Assembly: GCA_049284535.1 (NCBI GenBank)
Contig: JBAPYC010001315.1
Location: forward strand, 1 to 61,790
Direction of reading: 5' to 3'
Length of the DNA: 61,790 nt
DNA from: Streptosporangiaceae bacterium
GTDB lineage: Bacteria > Actinomycetota > Actinomycetes > Streptosporangiales > Streptosporangiaceae
The translations under genes and the position numbers were made by a program. Every line of letters begins with the position of its first letter. Positions within the stretch are counted from its first letter, which is position 1. Shown here in pieces: positions 7,898 through 17,127 of the stretch. The notes beneath the pieces are model-generated. The model was not told where the DNA came from. It ran no database searches and saw only the letters and a list, made by a program, of their open reading frames with translations.

Positions 7898-8944
7898 CTA
7901 CTCCAATCCTGTCCGGCGGTCGCGCACGCGACGGCCGGCGATTTTCAGCGCGGACGCCCCCGCCAGCAATGCGCCGACGGCCAGGGCCGCGAAGGAATTA
8001 CTGCTCATTGGCGGGGCAGTCGCCGCGCTGAGCGCGGTGGCCGGCATCGGCACGCCGCCGCCCGTGTCGCCGTTCAGGGCCGGCATGGTGGTCAGGCCCG
8101 CCACTGACGGCAGGTCGGCCAGGCCCGGAAGGGCACCGATTCCGGCCAGCTGGCTGGCAGCCGGAACGGATGGGTCTCCCGCGCCCGGCTGGGCGAAGGA
8201 GGTGGTGCTGGAGTTCCGTTGCGTTCCGTTGCTGTTTCCGGCCGCTCCCGAACCGGGAGCCAGGCCCGACGCCGGTGCCAGGCCTGCCATCGCCCCGGCG
8301 GTGCGCCCCTGGGGCGTCACCGCGTTCAGTGCCGACGACACGGCCGCCTTCACCGGGGTCAGCACGCCGCTGACCACGGATCCGGCCGCACCGCCGGCAA
8401 TGGTGCCGCCGGTAACGGTGCTGGCGGACGCGCCCCCGGCACATCCCGCGGACGAGTCGCCGAGCACGGCGACCGCGTTGCCGCAGATGTCCGCGGGGAC
8501 ACTGACCGGAACGCTTAACTGGTTGCCGCTGCCGACCTGCCCAGTGCCGGCCAACACGGGGCCGACCAACACGGGGCCGGCGGAGTTACCGCCGGACGAC
8601 GTGCGGGCCGAGGCGGATCCAGCCGACGAAGGGCTGGAAGCCGCCGAGCTAGCAGCAGAGGGGCCGGCTGTCTCGGGATTCGTGACGGAGGTGGCTCCGC
8701 CACTGCAGCCGGCCCCGGCGACACCAAGCAGGGCGCCGGAAATACCGCAGACGGTCGCCGGGACGCTAACCGGCAGGCCGATCTGATTACCACCGAGCAC
8801 GGAAACGCTGCCTGACGGGTTGCCGTCGCCAGCCGCGGCGAGGGCGACGCCGGACAAGCCGGCGCTCGTGGCAGCGAAGCCGGCGGCCACCAGCGCCGCC
8901 CGTGGCAGCCAACACCGGGCCGTCCACTGTGCCCATGGACGCAT
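7898..8944 (-). CDS. Secreted two-domain chaplin-like protein with Ala/Gly/Ser-rich linker and C-terminal membrane anchor
   Basis: Signal-like N-terminus. Two chaplin/DUF320 units (VLGGNQIGLPVSVPATVCGISGALLGVAGAGCSGGA and GSGNQLSVPVSVPADICGNAVAVLGDSSAGCAGGA). C-terminal FAALAVGALLAGASALKIAG followed by RRVRDRR, but no canonical LPXTG or LAXTG. Only 5 nt upstream of the next chaplin gene, so an operon. Contains one in-frame TTA Leu codon (8516..8518). Confidence 0.75.
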   Translation of the reverse strand: MRPWAQWTARCWLPRAALVAAGFAATSAGLSGVALAAAGDGNPSGSVSVLGGNQIGLPVSVPATVCGISGALLGVAGAGCSGGATSVTNPETAGPSAASSAASSPSSAGSASARTSSGGNSAGPVLVGPVLAGTGQVGSGNQLSVPVSVPADICGNAVAVLGDSSAGCAGGASASTVTGGTIAGGAAGSVVSGVLTPVKAAVSSALNAVTPQGRTAGAMAGLAPASGLAPGSGAAGNSNGTQRNSSTTSFAQPGAGDPSVPAASQLAGIGALPGLADLPSVAGLTTMPALNGDTGGGVPMPATALSAATAPPMSSNSFAALAVGALLAGASALKIAGRRVRDRRTGLE

Positions 8945-9107
8945 GGGTACTCCTTGATTGCATGTGGTGCGCGGGGGGTGTTGTAGCAGGCGCCCGGCTG
9001 GGCGTTCTGACTACAAGCAGTGATCTTAGCATCACTAGGAGTACTCGCGTTGAGTTAACCGGGGAAATTGCGACCAGCCGGCTAAGGGGTGTTTGCCGTA
9101 TACAAGC

Positions 9108-9151
9108 GCTGACCTGAGTGTATGAGCTAGCTGACCTGAGTGTATGAGCTA
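9108..9151. repeat. Perfect 22-bp tandem duplication gctgacctgagtgtatgagcta x2
   Basis: Copy 1 is 9108..9129 and copy 2 is 9130..9151. Copy 2 ends on the TAG stop of the M20 peptidase gene. Both copies lie 165-205 nt upstream of the chaplin operon start. Confidence 0.9.
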
Positions 9152-10459
9152 ACAGCAGTCAAAGAAGCGGTCCAGCACCCGGACGCCGAATTGGAGCCCA
9201 TCGACCGGAACACGCTCGTCGATACCGTGAAACATTCCGGAAAAGTCCAGATCCGACGGCAGCCGCAGCGGCGTGAAACCGAAGCAGCGCATGCCCAGGC
9301 GGCTGAACGACTTGGCGTCTGTGCCCGCCGACAGGCAGTACGGGATCACCCGCGCGTCCGGGTCCTCGCCGACCAGTGCGCTGGTCATGGCGTCGTACAG
9401 GTCACCATCGGGGCTCGTTTCCACCGCTATGTCCTGGTGGATGAACTCACGGGTCACGTTCGGGCCGAGCACCTCATCGAGCTCGGCCAGGAACTCTTCC
9501 TCATATCCAGGCAGGAAACGCCCGTCGACTTCCGCAGTAGCGGTTTGCGGCACGACATTGACTTTATAACCGGCGCGCAGAACTGTCGGATTTACCGTAT
9601 TCCGCAGCGTCGCGGATATGATGCGGGAGGCTGCTCCTATTTTAGCGAGAAGTGGACCGGGATCGTTCGGCGCAATATCTGCCCCAATAGCCTGAGAGGC
9701 ACCTTCCAGGAAAGCCTGGACGGACGGGATGAGGCGGGTCGGCCACTCGTGCCGCCCCAGCCGGCCGATCGCCTCGGCCAGCTCGGTCACCGCGTTGTCC
9801 GGCTGCACCATGGATCCGTGCCCGGCCCGGCCCTGGACCGTCAGCCGGATCCAGGCGATGCCCTTCTCCGCCGTCTGCAGGAGATAGAGCCGCCGGTCCC
9901 CTAGGGTCAGGCTGAAGCCGCCGACCTCGCCGACCGCCTCGGTCACGCCCTCGAACAGGTCCGGGTGCTTGTCGACCAGGAAGCGGGCACCCCAGGCGCC
10001 GCCGGCCTCCTCGTCCGCGGTGAAGGTGAGCACGATGTCGCGGGCGGGCTTGCGGCCCTCGCGCAGCCGCTGGCGCACCAGGGCCAGCATCATCGCGTCC
10101 ATGTCCTTCATGTCGATGGCGCCGCGTCCCCAGACGCAGCCGTCGGCGATCTCGCCGGAGAACGGGTCGCGGGTCCAGTCCGGCGCGCTGGCGGGCACGA
10201 CGTCCAGGTGGCCGTGGACCAGGAGCGCGGGCCTGGTGCTGTCGCGGCCCTCGATTCTGGCGACAAGGCTGGTGCGTTTGGGGTGGGACTCCAGCACGGT
10301 GGGCTCGAGGCCTACCTCGGACAGCAGGCCGGCGACGAGTTCGGCAGCCTCGCGCTCGCCTGGGCCGGAGTGGTCCCCGAAGTTAGAGGTGTCGATCCGG
10401 ATCAGGTCACGGCAGATGTCGGTGACCTCTTCTTCTGCGGTCACATGATTCGCTGTCAC
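9149..10459 (-). CDS. M20/M25/M40-family metallopeptidase (dipeptidase-like)
   Basis: ICRDLIRIDTSNFGDHSGPGEREAAELV...ALLVHGHLDVVPA...WGRGAIDMKDM...FTADEEAGG. The Pro-rich N-terminal 60 aa of the track ORF (to 10645) would run up to the tRNA and looks spurious. GTG 10459 or GTG 10444 are proposed as the start. Confidence 0.8.
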   Translation of the reverse strand: MTANHVTAEEEVTDICRDLIRIDTSNFGDHSGPGEREAAELVAGLLSEVGLEPTVLESHPKRTSLVARIEGRDSTRPALLVHGHLDVVPASAPDWTRDPFSGEIADGCVWGRGAIDMKDMDAMMLALVRQRLREGRKPARDIVLTFTADEEAGGAWGARFLVDKHPDLFEGVTEAVGEVGGFSLTLGDRRLYLLQTAEKGIAWIRLTVQGRAGHGSMVQPDNAVTELAEAIGRLGRHEWPTRLIPSVQAFLEGASQAIGADIAPNDPGPLLAKIGAASRIISATLRNTVNPTVLRAGYKVNVVPQTATAEVDGRFLPGYEEEFLAELDEVLGPNVTREFIHQDIAVETSPDGDLYDAMTSALVGEDPDARVIPYCLSAGTDAKSFSRLGMRCFGFTPLRLPSDLDFSGMFHGIDERVPVDGLQFGVRVLDRFFDCC

Positions 10460-10650
10460 GCTTCTATGGTCGCACCGGGGCGTACTGGTGTGTACGGGCG
10501 GCGGGTGAGCCGGTCGGGTGGGGTGGCTCGGTGGGCTGGCTTGGGTGCGTGCCGGGGCGGGCTGGTGGGCTGTTCCGGTGGGCTGGGTGGCTCGCTTGGG
10601 GGCGTTGGGTTTGCTAAGGTAGCTCAGCCGATGCGTACGTTGCATCGCAC

Positions 10651-10735
10651 GTCCGGGTGGCGGAATAGGCAGACGCGCTAGCTTGAGGTGCTAGTGCCCC
10701 AAAAGGGCATGGGGGTTCAAGTCCCCCCTCGGACA
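10651..10735 (+). tRNA. tRNA-Leu, anticodon GAG (class II, long variable arm), CCA not encoded
   Basis: Cloverleaf folded by hand. Acceptor GTCCGGG/CTCGGAC (one G-U pair). D arm GCG..CGC. Anticodon stem CTAGC/GCTAG with loop TTGAGGT. Variable arm TGCCCCAAAAGGGCAT. T arm GGGGG-TTCAAGT-CCCCC. Discriminator A. Confidence 0.9.
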
Positions 10736-11071
10736 CGACATTTGCGCAGGTGAGAGGGTCGTAATTGCCTCTCCCGCACAGCTTTGATGCCGATCTGATG
10801 CTTGCGGCCCACCGGTCATGATTCCGCCTCCCATCTCAAGCCGCTGGCGTGCTTGACCGGTAGCCCACTCGACGTCATCGAGACGGCTCGAGATGAAGTG
10901 CTCCTCGCCATCGGCGGTCCATAGCGTCCATCCGTCGCGGTGGACCGGATGGTAGCCGTACTCCAGGATGGGCGTTCCGTGCTCATCGAATGTGACGTCG
11001 GCCGGGTCGACGTCATCGTCGAAGCGGCGGCCGTTGAGGTCGGCCAGGACCACGATCCTGATCTCGGTCAT
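10691..11071 (-). CDS. Hypothetical small protein; its 3' end reads through the complement of the tRNA (possibly a junction artefact)
   Basis: MTEIRIVVLADLNGRRFDDDVDPADVTFDEHGTPILEYGYHPVHRDGWTLWTADGEEHF... ATGA overlap with the stop of the integrase remnant. The last ~15 codons are tRNA antisense. Confidence 0.25.
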   Translation of the reverse strand: MTEIRIVVLADLNGRRFDDDVDPADVTFDEHGTPILEYGYHPVHRDGWTLWTADGEEHFISSRLDDVEWATGQARQRLEMGGGIMTGGPQASDRHQSCAGEAITTLSPAQMSCPRGDLNPHALLGH

Positions 11072-11250
11072 GCTTGCGCACCTCCGACTAGGGCCGCGAA
11101 CCGGTCGGCGGCATCACGCTGGCTGCCTGGCAGAACGTGCGCGTAGACGGTCATCGTCACCACGGCGCTGGCATGGCCGAGCCGGGCGGATACGACGTGC
11201 ACCGGCTCACGGGCCGTGAGAGTTTGTGCCCTCTGTGTGTCTCTGTTCGT
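11068..11250 (-). pseudogene. Tyrosine recombinase/integrase, C-terminal remnant only
   Basis: ...EPVHVVSARLGHASAVVTMTVYAHVLPGSQRDAADRFAALVGG is the LGH-x(n)-Y catalytic-Tyr box of phage-type integrases. Upstream of it the ORF has no integrase-like sequence. About 330 nt from the tRNA 3' end. Confidence 0.7.
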
Positions 11251-11926
11251 GGAACGAATGTTGTCGGCTGCTCTGTCTGGCAGCGCTCGGACTGCTGTCG
11301 CGGACGGTGGCGGCGGAGTCGATAAGGCAACTAAGAGCTCGCCGGGCGGCGCAGACGCCGACTTCGTTTTGATTAATCCCGTGCCGGTGCAGACCTGGTC
11401 CTGGTTCTTAGCGGCGCCACTGCGATCCGGGAGACGCCGGGTTGGCCAATTCTTCACGAGAGCTAACGGCGTCAAGCCGAGGCCGCCGCCCGCAGCTCGG
11501 CTCAGTAGGACAGCTTGGGGCAGTCTTTCATCACTCGAGTGACCCTGCCTAGTTAGAAGAGCAGATCCGCACAGGCGTGCTGACTCTTGGCGAGATCATC
11601 GACCGTGATGACCTCTCAAGGAATCTTCGCGAGAACGCTCTTCCGATGACGCTCGGAGAAGTCACGTCGGTCACCTACCCGGCATTCCTGGCTGCACGCC
11701 GCAAGCTCATGGCAGCCAAGATCCGCGAGTACTATGAGCGGTTGTGAGCAAGTTCCACGACCATGGCAGTCAGGCGCCGCTGTGCACCACTGCTAAGGCT
11801 GGCTGGCCGCGCGGGGCCTGGTCACCGCCCGCCAGGCTGGTGCCCTAGCCGGCTAACCCGCCCCCGATCCGGCCGCCACCGCCGACCGGCCACAGCAGTC
11901 CGCCCAGTCCGGGACCCTGGGTGTTA

Positions 11927-13228
11927 TCAGCCCATCACATTGCCCGCGCTCTCCACATGGGGCTGGCGAAGGCGTGAGTAGTGCCCGAGGTTTATTTCGT
12001 TCTTGGTAAAGTGTCCGCTAAACACAACCGGATCCGAGTCGTGATCGTGTCCGTTTTCGCAAGCGTGTACCAGGGCCGCTATAAAGCGGCCGGCGACAGG
12101 AGCGTTTTTGAACTGGTTGCCACTCGTGCCGATGGCCACATAGAACCCAGCCAGTGAGGTGCGGTCGTAGACCGGGATCCAGTCGTCGGCGACGTCATAG
12201 AGGGCAGCGTAACCAACGGGACGGGGCGGGATGCCCAGCGACGGGATTCTTCGGGCCAGGCGGAGTACCTGCGCATCCCACGTCTGCGCGGTAGGCTCGG
12301 CCTCGAAAACATCCGGGTCATCTATCCAGTGGAGGGCATCGCATTCCGGCTCCGCGCTTCCAACGATAAGCTGCCCGCCGAAGTGAGATCTGAAGTATGT
12401 TCCCAGGTCTCCGTCCGTGACAGCGGGACCCAGCTCGCCGCCCGCGTAGCCAGGCGGCGCAGGCACGGAATGGACTTCCTGCCGCAGTGGGCGGGTTCGG
12501 ATCCGGAATTCTCCTGGGACGCCCGCAAGAGCGTTAACCTGACCGGAGTACGGGCCCGCCGCATTGACCACGACGGGAGATTGAATCACGCTTCCTGAGC
12601 GCAGCATTACGCCCTGGACCCGCCCATTCTTCTGGAGGATCGCCACGACCTGTTCGCGGAGCTGAACTTCGGTCCCGCTCCGCTCCGCCGCCGCCATGAG
12701 GTTCCTCGCCGCCAGCTGCGGGTCGTCAATGAACCCGCCGTCGGGCGTGTAGTAGGCACCGAGTTCGCCATCGGCATCGGTCCAGAATGCAGCGTCCGTG
12801 ACCGGTTTGGGCGGAGCGTACCGTCCGGGATCCATACCCGGCACCCGCTGCCGGATGGTCTCAGCATCCCAGCACTCGTACGGGACACCGACGCGGTCAA
12901 AGAGAGGCAGCACCCGCTCACGCTGGGTACTGCCATCAAGGATCAGGCAGCCTGTCTTCATAAATCTGGCCAGGGATTCCTCAGGACGGCTGCCCAGATA
13001 TTCGGGCCAGCCCTCCCAGCTGAACTTGGCTTCCCAGGAAGCGGCCACGCCCTCGAAGGTCGAGTAGTGAAAGCGGACGATGCTTGCGGACGAGCTGGTA
13101 GAGCCCGAACCGACACCGCCCAGCCGGTCGATAGCCACGACCCGCAGTCCAGTCTGTGCGAGCTCGTAGGCGACAGCGGCACCGATGACCCCGGTTCCAA
13201 TCACGACTGCGTCGGCTGTCTGCGTCAC
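11927..13228 (-). CDS. FAD-dependent oxidoreductase (DAO / sarcosine-oxidase-beta-like family)
   Basis: N-terminal dinucleotide fold DAVVIGTGVIGAAVAYELAQTGLRVVAIDR. 433 aa. Confidence 0.75.
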   Translation of the reverse strand: MTQTADAVVIGTGVIGAAVAYELAQTGLRVVAIDRLGGVGSGSTSSSASIVRFHYSTFEGVAASWEAKFSWEGWPEYLGSRPEESLARFMKTGCLILDGSTQRERVLPLFDRVGVPYECWDAETIRQRVPGMDPGRYAPPKPVTDAAFWTDADGELGAYYTPDGGFIDDPQLAARNLMAAAERSGTEVQLREQVVAILQKNGRVQGVMLRSGSVIQSPVVVNAAGPYSGQVNALAGVPGEFRIRTRPLRQEVHSVPAPPGYAGGELGPAVTDGDLGTYFRSHFGGQLIVGSAEPECDALHWIDDPDVFEAEPTAQTWDAQVLRLARRIPSLGIPPRPVGYAALYDVADDWIPVYDRTSLAGFYVAIGTSGNQFKNAPVAGRFIAALVHACENGHDHDSDPVVFSGHFTKNEINLGHYSRLRQPHVESAGNVMG

Positions 13229-13358
13229 TCAATAGTCCTCTCGGACTAGGTCGACGGTCACGCTCACAGTATCCACCTGCCGTGCCGCCAGCCTCACGCG
13301 CTACCCTGGCGAACGATCCAAGCCGGCCCTACCTCCCACCTTGGATGGCAGCTGATCT

Positions 13359-14135
13359 GTGGACATCGCCGACTTCAGCCTCGACCTGTTCTCTCTCGTC
13401 GGGCGTAACGCCCTGGTCACCGGCGGCAACACTGGCCTGGGCCGGGCCTTCTCGGTGGCCCTGGCCAAAGCCGGCGCTGACGTATTCGCGGTCGCCCTGG
13501 CCGAGGACGACGGCACCACCCGGACCCTGATCGAGGCCTCCGGACGCCGGTTCGTGTTCGAAAAAGCCGACATCACCCAGCCGGGCGTGCCAGCCGCCAT
13601 CACCCGGAGCTGCGTGGAGGCGCTGGGCTCGGTCGACATCCTGGTCAACTCCGCCGGCATCAACCTGCTGGCTGACGTGGCGGAGTTCGGCCGTGACCGG
13701 TGGGACCCGATGGTGTCGGTCAACCTGACCGCCGCCTTCGAGCTTGCCCACGAGGCCAGCCGGTTCATGATCGGGCAGCGGTCCGGCAAGATCATCAATA
13801 TCGCGTCGCTGTTCTCCTTCCTCGGCGGGCGGCGCTCACCTGCCTACGCCGCGACCAAGGCCGGGATCGCGGGCTTCACCAAGGCCTACTGCGACGAGCT
13901 GGCGGCCTGCAATATCCAGGTCAATGCCATCGCGCCGGGATACCTCAAGACCGCCATCACCGAAGCGACCCGGGCCGATCCCGAGGCCGACCGCCGCATC
14001 GTCGAGCACATCCCCGCGGCCCGCTGGGGGGAGACCGCCGACCTGATGGGGGCGGTGGTCTTCCTGGCCAGCCGGGCCTCGGACTACGTCAACGGCCACG
14101 TCCTGGTGGTCGACGGCGGCTACCTTGTCCGCTGA
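13359..14135 (+). CDS. Short-chain dehydrogenase/reductase (KduD-like)
   Basis: ALVTGGNTGLGRAF (TGxxxGxG), NSAG, and S...YAATKAG (catalytic YxxxK). GTG start. Confidence 0.8.
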   Translation: MDIADFSLDLFSLVGRNALVTGGNTGLGRAFSVALAKAGADVFAVALAEDDGTTRTLIEASGRRFVFEKADITQPGVPAAITRSCVEALGSVDILVNSAGINLLADVAEFGRDRWDPMVSVNLTAAFELAHEASRFMIGQRSGKIINIASLFSFLGGRRSPAYAATKAGIAGFTKAYCDELAACNIQVNAIAPGYLKTAITEATRADPEADRRIVEHIPAARWGETADLMGAVVFLASRASDYVNGHVLVVDGGYLVR

Positions 14136-14166
14136 CCGCGCAGCTACCCGGAGAGCGACCTTCGCC

Positions 14167-15630
14167 ATGGCCCCATCCCGATCCCCGCTGACCCGCAAGT
14201 CGATCATCGACGCGATGACCGGACTCCTCGGCGCGACCGCCGTCGACACCCGCGACGAGCAGCTCAGGCAGGCCAGCGTCGACCGGTTCCGCAAGTACAC
14301 CGCCGTACACGGCATCTACGACGGGCCGATCCCGGCCGCGATCGTTTACCCCTCTTCCACGGCCGATGTGGCGGCGGTGCTGCGGTTCGCCGAGCAGAAC
14401 CTCGTCAACATCGTGCCGCGGACCGGAGGGACCGCCACCGAAGGCGGCCTGGAGACGGTGATCGAGGACAGCCTCGTGGTGGACGGGTCGCGGATGAACG
14501 CGATCCTGTCCGTCGACCCGGTGGACATGATGGCCACCGTGCAGTGCGGCGCCGGCCTCCAGGACCTGGAGGACACCGTCCGGGCCCGGGGCCTGACCAC
14601 CGGGCACTCGCCCCAGTCCAAGCCGCTGGCCCAGCTGGGCGGCCTGGTCGCCACGCGCTCGATCGGCCAGTTCTCCACCCTCTACGGCGGCATCGAGGAC
14701 CTGGTCGTGGGCCTGGAGGCGGTCTTCCCCGGCGGGCAGGTGGCCCGGATCAAGAACGTGCCGCGGCGGGCCGCGGGTCCGGACATCCGCCACATCGTCA
14801 TCGGCAGCGAGGGCGCGCTGTGCTTCATTACCGAGGTGACGGTGAAGCTGTTCCCCTATCAGCCGGAGAACAACCGGTACTTCGGGTTCCTGGTGGAGGA
14901 GTTCGCCGATGGCATCGACGCGCTCCGCGAGCTGATCACCGCGGGCTACCGGCCGTCGGTGTGCCGGGTCTACTCACCCGAGGACGCCCGCCAGCACTTC
15001 GCCGGCTTCTACCGGGGCCAGAACGTCGTCGTGCTGGTGGCTGAGGGCCCCGAGCCCATCGCCGCGGCCACCGCGGCGGCGATCAGGGACCTGTTCGCCG
15101 GCCGCGGCCACGAGCGTGTGGACGACGACCTGATCCGGCGGTGGTTCGAGAACCTCAACTGGGGCCAGGACAAGATCGACGCCGAGAAGGCCGATATGCT
15201 CGCCCACGCCCGCCTCGGCTACACCACCGAGGTCTCCGTCGACTGGTCGCGGGCTGCGGGCCTGTTCGCCGCCGTAATGAGCCGGATCCGCGGCGAGTTC
15301 CCGCGGGCCGGTGACCTGACGATGCTCGGCGCCCATTCCTCGCACAGCTACCAGACCGGGACCAACCTGTATTTCGTCTACGACTACGAGATCAGGTGCG
15401 GCCCGCGCGAGGAAATCGAGGTCTACCACAAGCCGCTGAACGCGATCATCGTCGAGGAAGCGCTGCGGGCGGGCGGGTCGATGGTGCACCACCACGGGAT
15501 CGGCAAGTACCGCACCCAGTGGGTGGCCGACGAGCACGGCAGTGCCTACTGGCTGCTGACGACCCTGAAGCAGGCGTTCGACCCCCAGGGTGTGATGAAC
15601 GCGGGCACCATCTTCCCGCTGCCGTCATGA
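14167..15630 (+). CDS. FAD-linked oxidase (GlcD / alkyl-DHAP-synthase-like, FAD_binding_4 plus FAD-oxidase_C)
   Basis: AIVYPSSTADVAAVLRFAEQNLVNIVPRTGGTATEGG...HHHGIGKYR...LKQAFDPQGVMNAG. The ATG at 14167 is chosen because the track start at 14125 overlaps the SDR gene. Confidence 0.75.
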   Translation: MAPSRSPLTRKSIIDAMTGLLGATAVDTRDEQLRQASVDRFRKYTAVHGIYDGPIPAAIVYPSSTADVAAVLRFAEQNLVNIVPRTGGTATEGGLETVIEDSLVVDGSRMNAILSVDPVDMMATVQCGAGLQDLEDTVRARGLTTGHSPQSKPLAQLGGLVATRSIGQFSTLYGGIEDLVVGLEAVFPGGQVARIKNVPRRAAGPDIRHIVIGSEGALCFITEVTVKLFPYQPENNRYFGFLVEEFADGIDALRELITAGYRPSVCRVYSPEDARQHFAGFYRGQNVVVLVAEGPEPIAAATAAAIRDLFAGRGHERVDDDLIRRWFENLNWGQDKIDAEKADMLAHARLGYTTEVSVDWSRAAGLFAAVMSRIRGEFPRAGDLTMLGAHSSHSYQTGTNLYFVYDYEIRCGPREEIEVYHKPLNAIIVEEALRAGGSMVHHHGIGKYRTQWVADEHGSAYWLLTTLKQAFDPQGVMNAGTIFPLPS

Positions 15631-17081
15631 AGCCGTACCTGCTGGCCATCGACAACGGCTCGCAGAGCACCAAGGTGACCATCTTCGACGCCCGCGGCCG
15701 GGTCCTGGCCGCGGCCAGCAGACGGCTTGAGCCCTATGACATCTCGGTGCCGGGGCATGCCGTCCACCCCGATGACGACATCTGGGAGTCCATCGCCGGC
15801 GCCTGCCGTGACGTCATGGCCGCCTTCCCCGGCAGTCTCGCCGACATCGCCGCAGTGGGCCTGTGCACCATCCGCTTCTGCCGGGCCCTGCTGAGGGCCG
15901 ATGGCAGCCTGGCCGAACCGGTACTGAGCTGGATGGACGAGCGAGTCGCCCGGCCCTACCAGGCCGACAACCCCCGAGCCCGCTACGTCACCACCTCCTC
16001 CGGTTACATCACCCACCGCCTGACCGGTCAGTTCACCGACACCGCGGCCAACTACGAGGGCATGTGGCCCATCGACCATGACACGGCGGCCTGGCCGGAC
16101 GATCCCGCTGCCTACGCCGCCGCCGGCATGCCGCGCGACATGCTCTTCGACTTGGTCCCCCCGGGCGGCCGGCTCGGCCAGGTGACCCCTGAGGCGGCCG
16201 GGGCCACCGGCATCCCGGCTGGCCTGCCGGTGTACGCCACGGCCAACGACAAGGCCGTCGAGGCGCTGGGCAGCGGCCTGGACGACGACGGCACCGTGCT
16301 GCTGTCGCTGGGCACCTACATCGCGGCCATGACCATCGGCTCGTCCTCATCCAGCGCGGACGGCAGCTACTGGGCCAACTTCGCGGCCCGGCCCGGGACC
16401 TACCTGTACGAGAGCACCGGGATCCGCCGCGGCATGTGGACGGTCAGCTGGTACCGGACCCTGCTGGAGGGGCCAGGCGGCGAGTCAGCCGCCGGGACGG
16501 CGAACCTGGAGACAGCGCACCTGGAGGATGGCCTCAACGAGGCGGCCGGCGAGCTGGCGCCGGGCAGCAACGGGCTGCTGACCATCCCGGACTGGCTGGC
16601 ACCCGGGCAGGCGCCCTGGCGCCGCGGCGCGCTGCTGGGCTTCGACGGCAGCCAGGGGCGCGCCCACATCTACCGCTCCATCCTCGAGGGCATCGCCCTG
16701 ACCATGGCCAACAACACCGCGGCCATGGAACACGCGCTAGGCCGCCGGCTCTCGCCCGTGCTGGTGTCCGGGGGCGGGTCCCGTTCTGACCTGATGATGC
16801 AGATCGTCACCGACGTCTACGGCCGCCCCGCTCGCCGTACCACCGTCAACGACGCCGCCGGCCTCGGCGCGGCCATCTGCGCCGCCGTCGGCCACGGCAT
16901 CTACCCCGGCTGGGACCAGGCCACCGCCGCGATGGTCAGCCCCGGCCAGCAGTTCACCCCAGACCCCGGGGCCGTCCGCGCCTACCAGCAGATTAACCAG
17001 GTCTACGCCACCCTGACCGGTTACACCGACCCGCTGTTCCGCTCGATGGCCGACGGCTTGACCGGCCTGGACCGCACGTGA
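15627..17081 (+). CDS. FGGY-family carbohydrate kinase
   Basis: MKPYLLAIDNGSQSTKVTIFDARG...GGGSRSDLMMQIVTDVYGRP. ATGA overlap with the preceding gene. Confidence 0.8.
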   Translation: MKPYLLAIDNGSQSTKVTIFDARGRVLAAASRRLEPYDISVPGHAVHPDDDIWESIAGACRDVMAAFPGSLADIAAVGLCTIRFCRALLRADGSLAEPVLSWMDERVARPYQADNPRARYVTTSSGYITHRLTGQFTDTAANYEGMWPIDHDTAAWPDDPAAYAAAGMPRDMLFDLVPPGGRLGQVTPEAAGATGIPAGLPVYATANDKAVEALGSGLDDDGTVLLSLGTYIAAMTIGSSSSSADGSYWANFAARPGTYLYESTGIRRGMWTVSWYRTLLEGPGGESAAGTANLETAHLEDGLNEAAGELAPGSNGLLTIPDWLAPGQAPWRRGALLGFDGSQGRAHIYRSILEGIALTMANNTAAMEHALGRRLSPVLVSGGGSRSDLMMQIVTDVYGRPARRTTVNDAAGLGAAICAAVGHGIYPGWDQATAAMVSPGQQFTPDPGAVRAYQQINQVYATLTGYTDPLFRSMADGLTGLDRT

Positions 17082-17127
17082 CCGTGCCCGTGGTGCTCGC
17101 GCCGTGTGAGTCTGCCTGCGGCCACCC

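Noticed and set aside
6235-8786. Several long overlapping ORFs (6235..7296 -, 6574..7425 +, 6801..8786 +, 7447..8031 +)
   Set aside because: They are alternative frames or strands of the repeat-rich chaplin genes. Only the frames with signal peptides, chaplin units and sorting signals make biological sense.
9149-10645. Full 498-aa version of the M20 peptidase ORF starting at 10645
   Set aside because: The first ~60 codons are Pro/Thr/His-rich and have no similarity to the family. They would also start 6 nt from the tRNA gene. An internal GTG start is more plausible.
11546-11747. Start-less + strand frame ending …LPMTLGEVTSVTYPAFLAARRKLMAAKIREYYERL-stop
   Set aside because: It looks like the C-terminal stub of some larger gene in the decayed region after the integrase remnant, but I cannot assign a family. 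It has no start codon and is too short to call.
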